Source: the human T2T-CHM13v2.0 reference genome, Homo sapiens
Assembly (NCBI RefSeq): GCF_009914755.1
Contig: NC_060934.1
DNA: 64,000 nt
Direction: 5' to 3' (one strand)
This document shows, piece after piece, positions 45,746-64,000 of this stretch. Under the pieces are notes generated by a model. That model was not told the DNA's origin and searched no databases. It saw only the letters and a list, made by a program, of their open reading frames with translations. The number at the start of each line of letters is the position of its first letter. Position 1 is the first letter of the stretch. The position numbers and the translations under genes are program-made.

Positions 45746-46762
45746 ATGGGGAAAAAACAGAACAGAAAAACTGGAAACTCTAAAAAGCAGAGCACCTCTC
45801 CTCCTCCAAAGGAACGCAGTTCCTCACCAGCAATGGAACAAAGCTGGACGGAGAATGACTTTGACGAGCTGAGAGAAGAAGGCTTCAGACGATCAAATTA
45901 CTCCGAGCTACGGGAGGACATTCAAACCAAAGGCAAAGAAGTTGAAAACTTTGAAAAAAATTTAGAAGAATGTATAACTAGAATAACCAATACAGAGAAG
46001 TGCTTAAAGGAGCTGATGGAGCTGAAAACCAAGGCTCGAGAACTACGTGAAGAATGCAGAAGCCTCAGGAGCTGATGCGATCAACTGGAAGAAAGGGTAT
46101 CAGCGATGGAAGATGAAATGAATGAAATGAAGTGAGAAGGGAAGTTTAGAGAAAAAAGAATAAAAAGAAACGAGCAAAGCCTCCAAGAAATATGGGACTA
46201 TGTGAAAAGACCAAATCTACGTCTGATTGGTGTACCTGAAAGTGACGGGGAGAATGGAACCAAGTTGGAAAACACTCTGCAGGATATTATCCAGGAGAAC
46301 TTCCCCAGTCTAGCAAGGCAGGCCAACATTCAGATTCAGGAAATACAGAGAACGCCACAAAGATACTCCTCGAGAAGAGCAACTCCAAGACACATAATTG
46401 TCAGATTCACCAAAGTTGAAATGAAGGAAAAAATGTTAAGGGCAGCCAGAGAGAAAGGTCGGGTTACCCTCAAAGGGAAGCCCATCAGACTAACAGCGGA
46501 TCTCTGGGCAGAAACCCTACAAGCCAGAAGAGAGTGGGGGCCAATATTCAACATTCTTAAAGAAAAGAATTTTCAACCCAGAATTTCATATTCAGCCAAA
46601 CTAAGCTTCATAAGTGAAGGAGAAATAAAATACTTTACAGACAAGCAAATGCTGAGAGATTTTGTCACCACCAGGCCTGCCCTAAAAGAGCTCCTGAAGG
46701 AAGCGCTAAACATGGAAAGGAACAACCAGTACCAGCCACTGCAAAATCATGCCAAAATGTAA
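45746..46762 (+). pseudogene. L1 ORF1p, 338 codons, two in-frame stops
   Basis: MGKKQNRKTGNSK...PLQNHAKM; CGA>TGA at codon 110 (46073) and codon 130 (46133); no frameshift. Confidence 0.93.
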
Positions 46763-46825
46763 AGACCATCAAGACTAGGAAGAAACTGCATCAACTAACA
46801 AGCAAAATAACCAGCTAACATCATA

Positions 46826-50650
<3,825 letters not shown>

Positions 50651-51198
50651 ACAATGAGATCACATGGACACAGGAAGGGGAACATCACACTCTGGGGACT
50701 GTTGTGGGGTCGGGGGAGTGGGGAGGTATAGCATTAGGAGATATACCTAATGCTAGATGACGAGTTAGTGGGTGCAGCGCACCAGCATGGCACATGTATA
50801 CATATGTAACTAACCTGCACATTGTGCACATGTACTGTAAAACTTAAAGTATAATAATAAAAAAAAACAAAAAAAAATACAGAGGTTGAGACAGGAATAT
50901 CACTTGAACCTGGGAGGCGGAGGTTGCAGTGAGCCGAGATCATGCCATTGTACTCCAGCCTGCCCGATAGAGCGAGACTCTGTCTCAAAAACAACAGTAA
51001 CAACAACAACAAAAAATTAGATAATCTTCACAATTTTTAATTGCAGCCTTTCATGGCAGAAGAAAATGGAGCACATATTTAAGAAATTGAAGGGGAGGAA
51101 TAGTAAGGCAAGGATCTTAGGATCTTATATCCAGCAACATTGGCTCTCAAATATGAACATAAATTACTCTGAACATGCAAGAACTCAATAGTGTTCTT

Positions 51199-51875
<677 letters not shown>

Positions 51876-53606
51876 CTAAATGGTCAGAGTCACCAGCACA
51901 AGGACTGGTGGTGTACGTTACATTTATTGTTCCCCATAGAACTATAACAAAGTGAGGGCTCTCTAAGGAAATTAAAGAGATGAAGGAAGAACCTAGAGAT
52001 TAAAAGATACTTAAAAGACAAATCAAAAATATTTTAAATGTAAGACTATAATATGTACAGAGTCTTTCTGGGTGATAAAGCATGTATGTAGAGTCTATTT
52101 GGGTGATAAAAAATATTTTTAAAAAGCACAAGAAAGTCATTCCTATAAAAATCAGCATAGTGGTTGGTTATGGGGCTGGAGACAGGGCTGTGAGGAGGAC
52201 AGGTTCATGGATGAAGGGGCTTCTGGACTGGCTATCAGAGTTCTATTTCTTATTTCTTAGCTTGAAGGTGTTTGCCTTATAATAATTCACTAAGCCATAC
52301 ATTTGATTTGTGAAGTTTGCTGGATTTGTCATTTATTTTACAATAAAAAAGATTTAAAAGAAAAACAAAAGCAAAGATTTACTCCATGAGGACAACTTTG
52401 TTTTTGAAAGCCAAAACTTAATTTGTCTTATGTTCTTTTCTAGAGTTTATAACATAACTATTTCTATAAAACAAAGGAGGAAACAAAACCTCTTAGAAAC
52501 TTGTATCCCATATCAGAATGAACACACAATGATCTCCTTGCTCAGTTTCACAGGGCTCTGTGTGGCTGTTCCAGTCTGCAGAACAGAGAAATTCACCCAC
52601 ACACCTCCTTCTCTCAGAACAGAATTAAGTCACGTTTCTTCAATAGAACAAAAATGTACTTCTCCATTTTCTGCTTGAGACTAACAGAGAGACAGTCTGA
52701 GATTCTTCAGTTTCCTTAGAAAAGTATAGCTCAGCTTGGTAACTTAAGGTCATCCATGCTGGGTTGGACTTGAGCTAGCCAAGGGCTCCCTGGCTCAAAT
52801 TGATGAATGAGTCTAAGCAGGTTTGAGCATACCTTTGCACTCTGAGACGTCTTGGCTCTGCCTGAGCTCTCCTGCCATGCCCTTGAGCTGGATACTTCCA
52901 TTGGCACCTTGTTTAAGAGCTGCTAGTGCCAGTCATTTAGTAAACAGACGTCAGGGCCCTCCAAATATGTTAGACTTGAACTTTGACTCCCCAGACCCAC
53001 CAGGGAGGTCAAAAACAGCCCCTTGCATTTCTCAAGGACAAGGAAACCAGCAGAAATGTAAGATGTAGGTCTGCTTTTTTGAAGTCAACAGCACTTTCTG
53101 CATTTGTGCTAACCTAACCTCATCCAAATGGGTAGTACTGGTGGTGTCTGCCTATGTACATTTCCCTGCTGGTGCGGCCCTTCCCCAGCTGCAGTGAGTC
53201 TAACAGTGAACTTGAAAAATAATGAGAATCTCTAATCTTGTCACTGGAAAATGGAACTATACCTTTAAGGCGTACCTGAAAAAGGTCAGGATGCTGGGCT
53301 CTGGGAGCTTCCGGACTGTGGGTGGAACCCAGGCCTCCCGCCTTTCCAGAGCCCCGGCCTGCAGTACAAGCCTACACAGCAGAGGCCCTCAATACATGCT
53401 AATGTGCAATAATAAATAGATACTCTATGGCACATATTATAAATGTATATTTATGTACATATATCAATGATAATATGTAATGTTAAGGTGTGGGTTCTGC
53501 CTTGGAGAGTAAGGGTGTCTAGTTGGGCTGAGGATCCTCCCACACAGGCAGTAACCAAGAAACAACTGAACACTGAGCTACCTCACCCGCCCCTTGCCTG
53601 CCGTTC

Positions 53607-54684
53607 TGTTGCGGGAAGTCAGGGACCCCAAACGGAGGGACCAGCTGAAGCCATGGCAGAAGAACGTGGATTGCGAAGATTTCATGGACATTTATTAGTT
53701 CCCCAAATTAATACTTTTATAATTTCTTATGCCTGTCTTTACTGCAATCTCTAAACATGAATTGTAAAGATTTCATGGACACTTATCACTTCCCCAATCA
53801 ATACCCTTGTGATTTCGTATGCCTGTCTTTACTTTAATGTCTTAATCCTGTCATCTTGTAAGCCGAGGAGGATGTATGTCGCCTCAGGACCATGTGATAA
53901 TTGAGTTAACTGCACAAATTGTAGAGCATGTATGTTTGAACAAATATGAAATCTGGGCACCTTGAAAAAAGAACAGGATAACAGCAGTTGTTCAGGGAAT
54001 AAGAGGGATAACCTTGAACTCTGACCACCGGTGAGCCGGGTGGAACACAGCCATATTTCTCTTCTTTCAAAAGCAAATGGGAGAAATATCGCTGAATTCT
54101 TTTTCTCAGCAAGGAACATCCCTGGGAAAGAGAATACATGCCTGGGGGTATAGGTCTATAGATGGCCCCCCAGGTGTGGCCGTCTTTTATGGTCTGTAGA
54201 CTGTAGGGGTGAAATAGACCCATCTCCCATAGCACTCCCAGGCTTATTAGGAAGAAGAAATTCCCGCCTAATAAATTTTGGTCAGACCGGCTGCTCTCAA
54301 AACCCTGTCCCCTGATAAGATGTTATCAATGACAATGGTGCCCGAAACTTCCTTAGCAATTTTAATTTCACCCCAGTCCTGTGGTCCTGCGATCTCGCCC
54401 TGCCTCCACTTGCCTTGTGATATTCTATTACGTTGTGAAGTACGAGACCTCTGTGACCCACACCTATTCGTACACTCCGTCCCCTTTTGAAAGTCCCTAA
54501 TAAAAACTTGCTGGTTTTGCGGCTTGTGGGGCATCACGGAACCTACCGACATGTGATGTCTCCCCCGGATGCCCAGCTTTAAAATTTCTCTCTTTTGTAC
54601 TCTGTCCCTTTATTTCTCAAACCGGCCGATACTTAGGGAAAACAGAAAAGAACCTACGTGACTATCGGGGCAGGTTCCCCAGTA
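53607..54684 (+). mobile_element. MER11C-like solo LTR (HERV-K11/HML-8)
   Basis: Starts tgttgcgggaagtcagggacccc; 1078 bp; perfect 6-bp TSD ccgttc at 53601-53606 and 54685-54690. Confidence 0.92.
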
Positions 54685-54968
54685 CCGTTCCACACGCCTG
54701 CTGCCGGCCCCGCCATGCTCAGTGCTCTTGAGGCCTTTCTGATCCTATGATCTGCCAGACTCATTCCCGCCTTTGCACTTGCTGTTCCCTCAGTTCTAAA
54801 TGGTCTCACAACACTCTACACACACGACACACACCACACACACTACACGCACCACACACATTACACACACCACCCAGGTTTTGCAATCCTCCTCTTTGTC
54901 ATGATTCAGGGCTCAGCTCAGTATGTCATCACCTCCCAGAGGCTTTCCTGAAAGCCCCCAGCTAAAGC

Positions 54969-55983
54969 ATGCACACACACACACCACACCAAAACCACAC
55001 ACATACACCACACACACCATACACCACACCACACACAACATTCACACACACACATGCACACCACATACGCCACACACACAACATACATTCACACACACTA
55101 CACACACATGCACACACACATCACACCACACACATGCACCACATACATAAACATGAACATACCACACTGCACACATACACATACACCATACACAACACAC
55201 ACACCACACACACACGACCACATACCAACCACCACACAAAAACATACACACTACACACCATACACACACATACATACCACACACCACATACCCTTCACCA
55301 CACTACATACTCATCTTGCACCACAAACCATACCATATTCCACAACACACACAACACACCGACCACACACATACATGCCATACACACTACCACATACCAC
55401 TCACCACACCACATACGAAAACATACACACACCACACCCTCCCATATACCATAACACACACACACCACATATATACACATTCTCACACACACACACCATA
55501 CACACATACATATCATGCACACCCCATACCACTCACCATAACACACACACCACACACCATCACACATGCCACATGCACATACACACATATGCACCACACC
55601 GTCACACACACACCACACACACATACACATCACACATAAACATACACTACACACTACATTCACAACCCACACACCATATACAACACACACACACACCGTA
55701 CACACATACACACCACACATACACATACACACTACATACACAACCCACATACCATATACAACACACACAACACACACACCATACACACACATCATATACC
55801 ACATACCACTCACCCACATGCACACACCACAGATATGCTGCAACACACAGCACACACACCCCACAACATACCACTCAGCACACAAGACACCATAACACAC
55901 ATACACCATATATACACACACCACACACATACATACACAACATGCACACAGCACACTTAACACACACACACACACACACACAC
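54969..55983. repeat. ~1 kb degenerate CA-rich array (satellite patch at 54807-54872)
   Basis: Nearly G-free mosaic of CA, CAC, CAT and TAC units ending in pure (CA)n. Confidence 0.95.
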
Positions 55984-58063
55984 CCCCGGATTTTCCCCTT
56001 TATGCAGTTTCATTTTCTCTCTGGCACTTACCAGCTGCCGGGATCTGGCTGATCTATTTGTTCACTGGTTTATTTCCTGTCCCCCACTGGAGGACAAACG
56101 CCCTGAGAGCAGGCATCCCTCCACTGTCATATCCTGAACTTCTGGAACACGACCAGGCTCCAAGAGCTGTTCAGGGAACCAGAAGTTGCAGGGAGGCCCC
56201 TGACCTTTGCCGTCACCATCCCCACTCCCATCCTCAAGTCCTCACCCCCCTTACAAATCCCACAGCCAGGGCTTGTGCTGAGCAGCAAAACTCAGGGATG
56301 GGATTCCCTTTGCCCAGTTCTCCTGTCAGTCTAGGGGACCTCTCTTCTCCTCCCTGATTCAGCACACACCTTCCCTTTGTACCTGCTACCAGACACTGGC
56401 CTCTGTCTTTCCAAACGTCATAGCTTAGTGTCTCCACATGAGATGGCGAACCTTGACAGGTGCATTGAGGGCGTGTGCTCAAGAAAAGGGCAAGGAGGAA
56501 GCAGGAGGTGAGGACACTAGGGCAAGAAGTGGTGTCCCTGGAGACAGAGCAGCCTCCCCTGATCCTGGAGACCCCTGGAGCAGGAAAACCCCCACAGACC
56601 TGTCCCACTTGCAGGCAAGAAGCTGGCGTTTAGTGCCTCCGTGCCCATCAGTCAATGGCCTCAGCCTGGGGTGGGTGGAGACGAGCTCCCATCCAGCCAG
56701 GGCAAGATCTGCCAATGGGGGGCAGCCAGAGCTCGCTGCAGCTGGGGATGCCGCCCTGGCAGGGAAAGTTACCTAGGCAGGCTCCACGGGCTTCCACCTG
56801 TAGTGTTTAGGTTCATACAAACGCCCAAAGGGCCGTGGACATCAAGCATCCCCCTGCTTCCTGCTGGGGAAGCCCCTCAGGAAAGGAAATACTGAGGGGG
56901 TAGCCCTGCCCCAGTGGAGCCCAAGAGAAATATGCAGCCCAAATCGCTATCTCACATCTCATGCATTAGAAGCAAGTGTTCAATAAATGTTAGTTCCTAG
57001 CTGTCGGCGTGGCCGCTGCAGCAGGGAATAAAGAGGCCTGGTCTCCCCACCTGCTCTCCCAACCCAAAGCCAACCCTGCAGGCTTGGCAGCCTTGTCCGC
57101 TCACCTTCCCATGGGGTGCTCAGCTCAGAGAACAAGATGGAGGAGACCCCTTTTCCCTGCAGCGCATCTGCTCTGCAACGGGCTCTTTTCCAAGCAGCAG
57201 GAGAGCCCGGAGCTATAGATTTGATAGCCTTAGGAAGTTCCATTCAGGTGGTGCTGTTCTCGCAGAATTTCTTCATTACTATTTTTACTTGTGGAAAGAA
57301 AATCAAGCATGCCTAAAATACACCAAAAGCACCTGTTTCATAAACCTGTTTTATTCCACTGCTTAAAAAAAAAAAAGAATGAACTTCAGAAAATGAAGAT
57401 CCCTTTTTAAATCTGGATTCATCCAGAATAGGAATTCTACACATAGTGCAATTATTAGATAATTTAAATAGTTTGAAATTTTAATTTTTATAACATTATC
57501 ACAACCTGGTATGTGTCACAGGTCAACCTTGGAAAACATTCATGGGTCCACCTGGGGGTGGGGTGCGGGTTCCTCATAACTCAGTGAGTTCAAGTGGAGT
57601 GTGGCAGAGGCTGAAAGAATTCCTTCCAAAGTCTGCCCCAGAGGGAGTCTAACTCACCCGGAGGGCCTTGCCTGTTACCTGCAGCCAGGTCAGAGGGGCA
57701 GCCAGGAGCCAGGAGGGCACAGGCACCATTTTGTTCAAGGTTTATCTCCCTGTATCCACAGTTCCGAGACCGCGCCGGGGCCCAGCATGTTCCTGGCCCT
57801 CTCCTGGTCCTTGTCATGGCCGAATGGCTGGAGGCAGGCAGCCCCCAGCCCTGCTGCCTTGGCCACGTCCTCCTTATCTGATTAGAACCCCTCTATGTAT
57901 GGTCTTGCCCCTCCAATCCAGCAGAATGCACTTTCTAACGCATGGCTTTGTCAAGCGTGCCACTTTCTGCTTAAAACTCTCCTGGCTCTGCCTGCTTCTA
58001 AGACAGAATCCAGATGTCTTAGCCTGGTCCCCAGACCTTTCAGGGTGGATGCTTCCACACTGA

Positions 58064-58535
<472 letters not shown>

Positions 58536-60784
58536 CAGGTGCTGTTTCTTCTTTGCTCATTCATTCATTCATTCATTCATTATTTCTGCAGCCCCATTAC
58601 CACTGCAGGGCTGGGCCCCTACAAACCCCTCCCCTGCAAACTCCTCCCATGTCCCCTCCCTGCTTCTCAGCCCTGCCTCGCCCTCTTTGGGGCAAAAGCC
58701 CTGCAGAGGGCATAGTGTCCACGGTGTGGGACGGGAGAGGATTTGAAGTGTGCACATTAATGAGCACTTCTTTCTTCGGGTAGTCAGGCCTTTATTTTTT
58801 GTTATCTTGAATTTGTGGCAAGTAATACTGGTTCTCCTTCCTAAAAACAACTTATTTCTTTTTTCATTTTAAGAAAAAGATTAAGCAAGCGATATTGGAT
58901 GTGCCCAAAGTCCTTCAGATGGTGGAACAGTGGCTCGTTTTCAGACTCATGGCCCCAGCTGTATCTACTCTACCTTGCATGCACACCTTTCCACTGTAGC
59001 TTTTCCTAGTCTCTTGTTCCCTCTGGACCAGGAGCTCCCGGGGGGAGGCAGAAACATCTCTTGGCCATCATTGTGTCCCCAAGGCCTGCGATGCCCAGCA
59101 CTCAGTGCACTGTACACTCAGTTCCCACCTGAGCTGGGCCCTGTGTGCTCCACAGCCTCCTGCTAGGCCTGGTTGTGCATCTGGCTTGGCCCAAAAGTGA
59201 CTTCCTCATTTCCTGTGGTCCGGTCCTGGTTCCTGGATGACAGCCAAGCAGGGAGCAGTGTGTTTACCTGCTTGCATCTGGCTGTGGTCCTGCCTCAGAT
59301 GTTCTCATGACTCCACCGCTGACCTTGGGTCCCCTGGGTGGCTCTGCAGCGCCTGATTCAGGGCCCAGCCATGGAACCAGAAAGACAGAGCCCAGTAACG
59401 GGTTTGCGAATATATTTGAAGGTCCTTGGCGTGTTCTCTTCTGGGAAAAGGTCTGGGAGTGGGTGCCCTGTGATGCTTACTTTCAGATGGCTTGTCCAGG
59501 TTCAAAAAAAGGTTAATTGGGATTGCTACGTATTCTCCACTGTCAATCAGCTGCTCCCTTACATGGGCCAGGTCAGCTGGTGCCCAGGGCAGGGCACTTG
59601 GGCTTGTATCTCTCCGTGCCATACACAGCCCCTGCAGCACCCAGAAGGGAGGCCGAGTTGCTCAAGACCCCCATTTATTCAGTCCTTCCTTCCTTTCTTT
59701 AGACATTCATTCCACAAACACCTTAACCCATTTCCCGGATTCCAGTTTTTTCCCTCCGCAGTCTATCTTCCCTACTGCCACCAGGGTGAGCTCCCTAAGG
59801 CATAGTTTCAGATTGTGCTACTCCCTGGGCTCAGTGATCTCAGACCCCAACCCTCTGGCCCCATATCCTGCCACTCACTGTCCACCTACCCCCATCCTCC
59901 AGTCCCAGGCACTGAGCACTCTGCCAACAAGGACCGTTCCTTCTGCCTGGAATGACGTGTTTCCATCACGCCCGCCCTTGCCCCCAGAGGTCACCTCTTG
60001 GTCCACTTTCCCCAGTTCCTCCAGCTAGTAGGAGTTTCTCTTTCTTCTGGACACCTTAAGCCTGCAGTCATGTCCGAGGAGGGGAAAGGTGTGGGTTTGT
60101 GTGTTGGACTTCCTTGAATCACACCTCTGGAGCCTGCCCCCAGTGTGCCTTCTGATGTATCAGCAGAACCGTGGGATGAATGTTAAGATCTGGCACGCAG
60201 TAGGCACTCATCCAACCATGGGAAGATGGGAGGTCTGGCACACGGTAGGAACTCATCCAGACTCTGGCAGTAACTGGGAAGCTTGGCATGTTCACAAGGA
60301 CCCTCCTGGGTAAAGGAATCAGGCTCCGAGGCTCTGAAGAGGAAGCTGCAGCAGCTGTGGTTTGAACCTTCAGATGGTGACAGCCAGACCCTGGAGTATG
60401 GCCAGCCCCCAGCTCTGCAGCCCCCATCCTGTCCTTAGCCTTTGGGATGGCTCTGGGTGAGGATGTACGACAGAGGGCAGCCTCACAGCTCCTGTGCAGG
60501 GGACTGCAGAGTCAGCAAGGAGAAACGCCAGCCATGTGTACTGAGCACCTACGATGTGCCAGTGCATTTTTTTTTGTTGAATCTTTCCAACCATCCTACA
60601 AGGCAAGGATTAGTTCAGAATTGGAGACTGAGGCTGAGACTCATTCATTTAAGGTGTTATGATTAGGAGGTGGCTGAACTTGGAGCCTCCTGACATCTGT
60701 TTGACCCAAGCCCTGCAATTTTATAGTCATGGCTTTTTTCTACCGTTAGTGCATAAACTCAGTTCAAATAGTTTTAAGAAAAAA

Positions 60785-61114
<330 letters not shown>

Positions 61115-61338
61115 TCATGTAACTGAAAAGTCCACGGAAGAGAGTGTCTTGTTCCTTCAGGTCCATCAGAAACTCTAAACTGAGTCAATAGATGGGTCCC
61201 TGAATTAAGTGCTGGGCCAAGAACAATGGCATTCACTGATTGCCAGGACCTGGGTCATGAGACAACCCCTAGCAGGCAGTGGGAAGGGGAGGGTCTGTCC
61301 CTCCTGAACTTCTTGGACTGGGAGTAGGGGAGGGTGGA

Positions 61339-61865
<527 letters not shown>

Positions 61866-62149
61866 GTGGATCCCCAAAGAACAATCAGGATGGTGTTACC
61901 AAAAGAGGAGTGAGTGGGGACACAGTTACAGTAGGCAGCCACTATAATTCACAGAGCTCAGAACAGTAGCAACAGTGAGTGCTCCCAACCAGAGATAGGA
62001 AGGATCACTTCTGCCTAAGTTTAAAAGGAAGAAACTGAGAATACCAGAATTTGCTGGCTAGAATTAGGGACCTCAGAGATCATCTACACCAGTCCCACAT
62101 GACAATCGCAGCTCCCATGAAAGCACTGGCTCTGGCTTCCCTGGCCTCT

Positions 62150-62965
62150 GGTTCTTTCCTTATTATGTTCATAGTTTCCTCTATCTCTCTGGTCACATAG
62201 AGTGTATTTATAACACTGTTTTCAGGCCTCTGTCTGCTAATTCCATCATCCTTGTCATTTCTGCATTTGTTTCTACTGACTTTTTCCCCTGGTTGGGGGC
62301 CATATTTTCTGGCATCTTTGCATGGCTAGTAATTTTTGACTGGATGCTAGACATTGTGATTTTACATTGTTGTGATTAAACACTGCTGTACTTCATTCCA
62401 GCATGCAGCAAGTAACTTGAGCTCAGTTTCATTCTCTTGAGTTGGCTTTTAAGTTTTATTACTTACCAGAGTAGCCTTTGGTTTAAAGCTGTGATCTTTT
62501 GGAGGACTTTGCCTGATACCCTCTATATTGTGAGGTATTTCCACACTGGCTGGAGGGAACATTGAGTACTGTGTGAGTTTTCTGAATTATTCCAGGCCTG
62601 GTACTCTCTGGTGTCCTTTCTGCTGCCAGCCTCACGGAGCTTCACTCCACAGATGCAGAGATCAGCATTCAGACAGAGACTTAGGGTGGCCCTTCTGCAG
62701 AACTCTGGTGTTCTCTCTTTGGGTGAGCAGCTCCCTCATCCTGGGTACTCTGACCTGCGAATCCTAGTGACTTCGCTTCTCTGAACTCCATTATCTTTTT
62801 CCACCCAGTGAGACTCAGGGTTCAGTTGAGTTCTCCCTCCTGTGCGCAGCCCAAAGCTGCCTCCAGGAAGGAAGCTGGGCAACCACAGGGTGCACCTCAG
62901 TTGTTTTACTCCTTTCAGGGATCACAGTCCTGCACCACCTGATGTCCAGCGTAGGAAAACCATTG
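62150..62965 (-). mobile_element. Old L1M 5'-region fragment
   Basis: T-rich L1M-like motifs (aatttttgactggatgctagacattgtga, ctttcagggatcacagtcctg). Confidence 0.55.
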
Positions 62966-63063
62966 TTTCATCCAGAGTCCTTACCTGGGCTAAGCTCTGC
63001 TACCATTATTTCATTAAATCTTCACAACACCCTAGAAGTCACACTATCTTAAAAATGAGGAAA

Positions 63064-63778
63064 TCTTGCCAGTCAGAATGGCAATGATTAAAAAGTCAAG
63101 AAAAAGTAGATGCTGGTGAGGCTGTGGAGAAATAGGAACACTTTTACACTGATGGTGGGAACGTAAATTAGTTCAACCATTGTGGAAGACAGTGTGGCGA
63201 TTCCTCAAGGACCTAGAACCAAAAAATATCATGTGACCCAGTAATCCCATTGCTGGGTATATACCCAAAGGAATAGAAATCATTTTACTATAAAGACACA
63301 TGCACACATAATGTTTATTGCAGCACTATTTACAATAGCAAAGACATGAAACCAACCCAAATGTCCACCAATGAAAGACTGGATAAAGAAAATGTGGTAT
63401 ATACACAACACGGAATACTATGCAGCCATGAAAAGGATGAGATCATGTCCTCTGCAGGGACATGGATGAAGCTGGAAACCATCATCCTCAGCAAACTAAC
63501 ACAGGAAGAGAAAGCCAAACACCACATATTCTCACTCATAAATGGGAGATGAACAATAGGAACACATGGACACGGTGGGGGCCAGACAACACACACACCA
63601 GGACCTGACAGGGGGCCAAGGGGAAGGAGAGCATTAGGACAAATATCTAATGCATGAGGGGCTTAAAACCTAGATGAAAGGTTGACAGGTGCAGCAAACC
63701 ACCATGGCACATGCATACCTATGTAACAAACCTGCACGTTCTGCACGTGTATCCCGCAACTTAAAGTAAAATTAAAAA
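63064..63778 (+). mobile_element. 5'-truncated L1PA10-like element inserted in a MIR
   Basis: ORF2 C-terminal remnant plus 3'UTR (gcattaggacaaata...ggcttaaaacctagatg); TSD aaaaatgaggaaa at 63051-63063 and 63779-63791. Confidence 0.9.
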
Positions 63779-64000
63779 AAAAATGAGGAAACTTAAGAGT
63801 GGCCAGGTAACTGTCTCAGAGTCAGACAACCGCTAAGGTCTTCAACACATTTGTTTCTATGAACTCTCCCTGGCACTGTCCTGGACCCAGAGGCCCAGAT
63901 GTAGAAGGTATGAGAGCATCCAGGCTCCAGGGACAAGGCCTTGCAACCAATATCCAGGCCTCCTTTCACTTCAGAATTCTCCTCCTGCAGATGTCCTGGC

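Noticed and set aside
53670-53845. ~90 bp tandem repeat inside the LTR
   Set aside because: As I recall it, this is part of the MER11 consensus and not specific to this locus.
54923-56052. Long His/Thr-rich and Val/Cys-rich ORFs (up to 332 aa)
   Set aside because: Artefacts of the CA/TG array, which is poor in stop codons; no coding signature.

Overview
This is primate non-coding genomic DNA, most likely human or another great ape; I could not identify the locus and recognised no host protein-coding exon. The window is dense in transposable elements. It holds about 25 Alu/FLAM/FAM copies, one full-length ~6.03 kb L1PA2-like LINE-1 (ORF1 with two nonsense changes, ORF2 with one), truncated L1PA5/6, L1PA10 and L1MB copies, solo LTRs (MER4A, MER11C, THE1, MST, several MLT1), DNA transposons (Tigger3, MER1, MER3, MER5, MER58), and L2, CR1 and MIR fossils. 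Subfamily names come from recalled consensus sequences, not a database search. The most unusual structures are: a ~140 bp inverted duplication (43321-43458 vs 51011-51155) whose breakpoint sits at an Alu insertion junction and which brackets an Alu/L1 nest; a four-level nested LTR/L1/Alu stack with readable target-site duplications (TSDs); a probable short L1 3' transduction; a 3x54 bp repeat bounded by splice-like signals; a ~1 kb degenerate CA array inside an L2; and several repeat-free islands with enhancer-type motifs. I found no convincing new multi-gene system.
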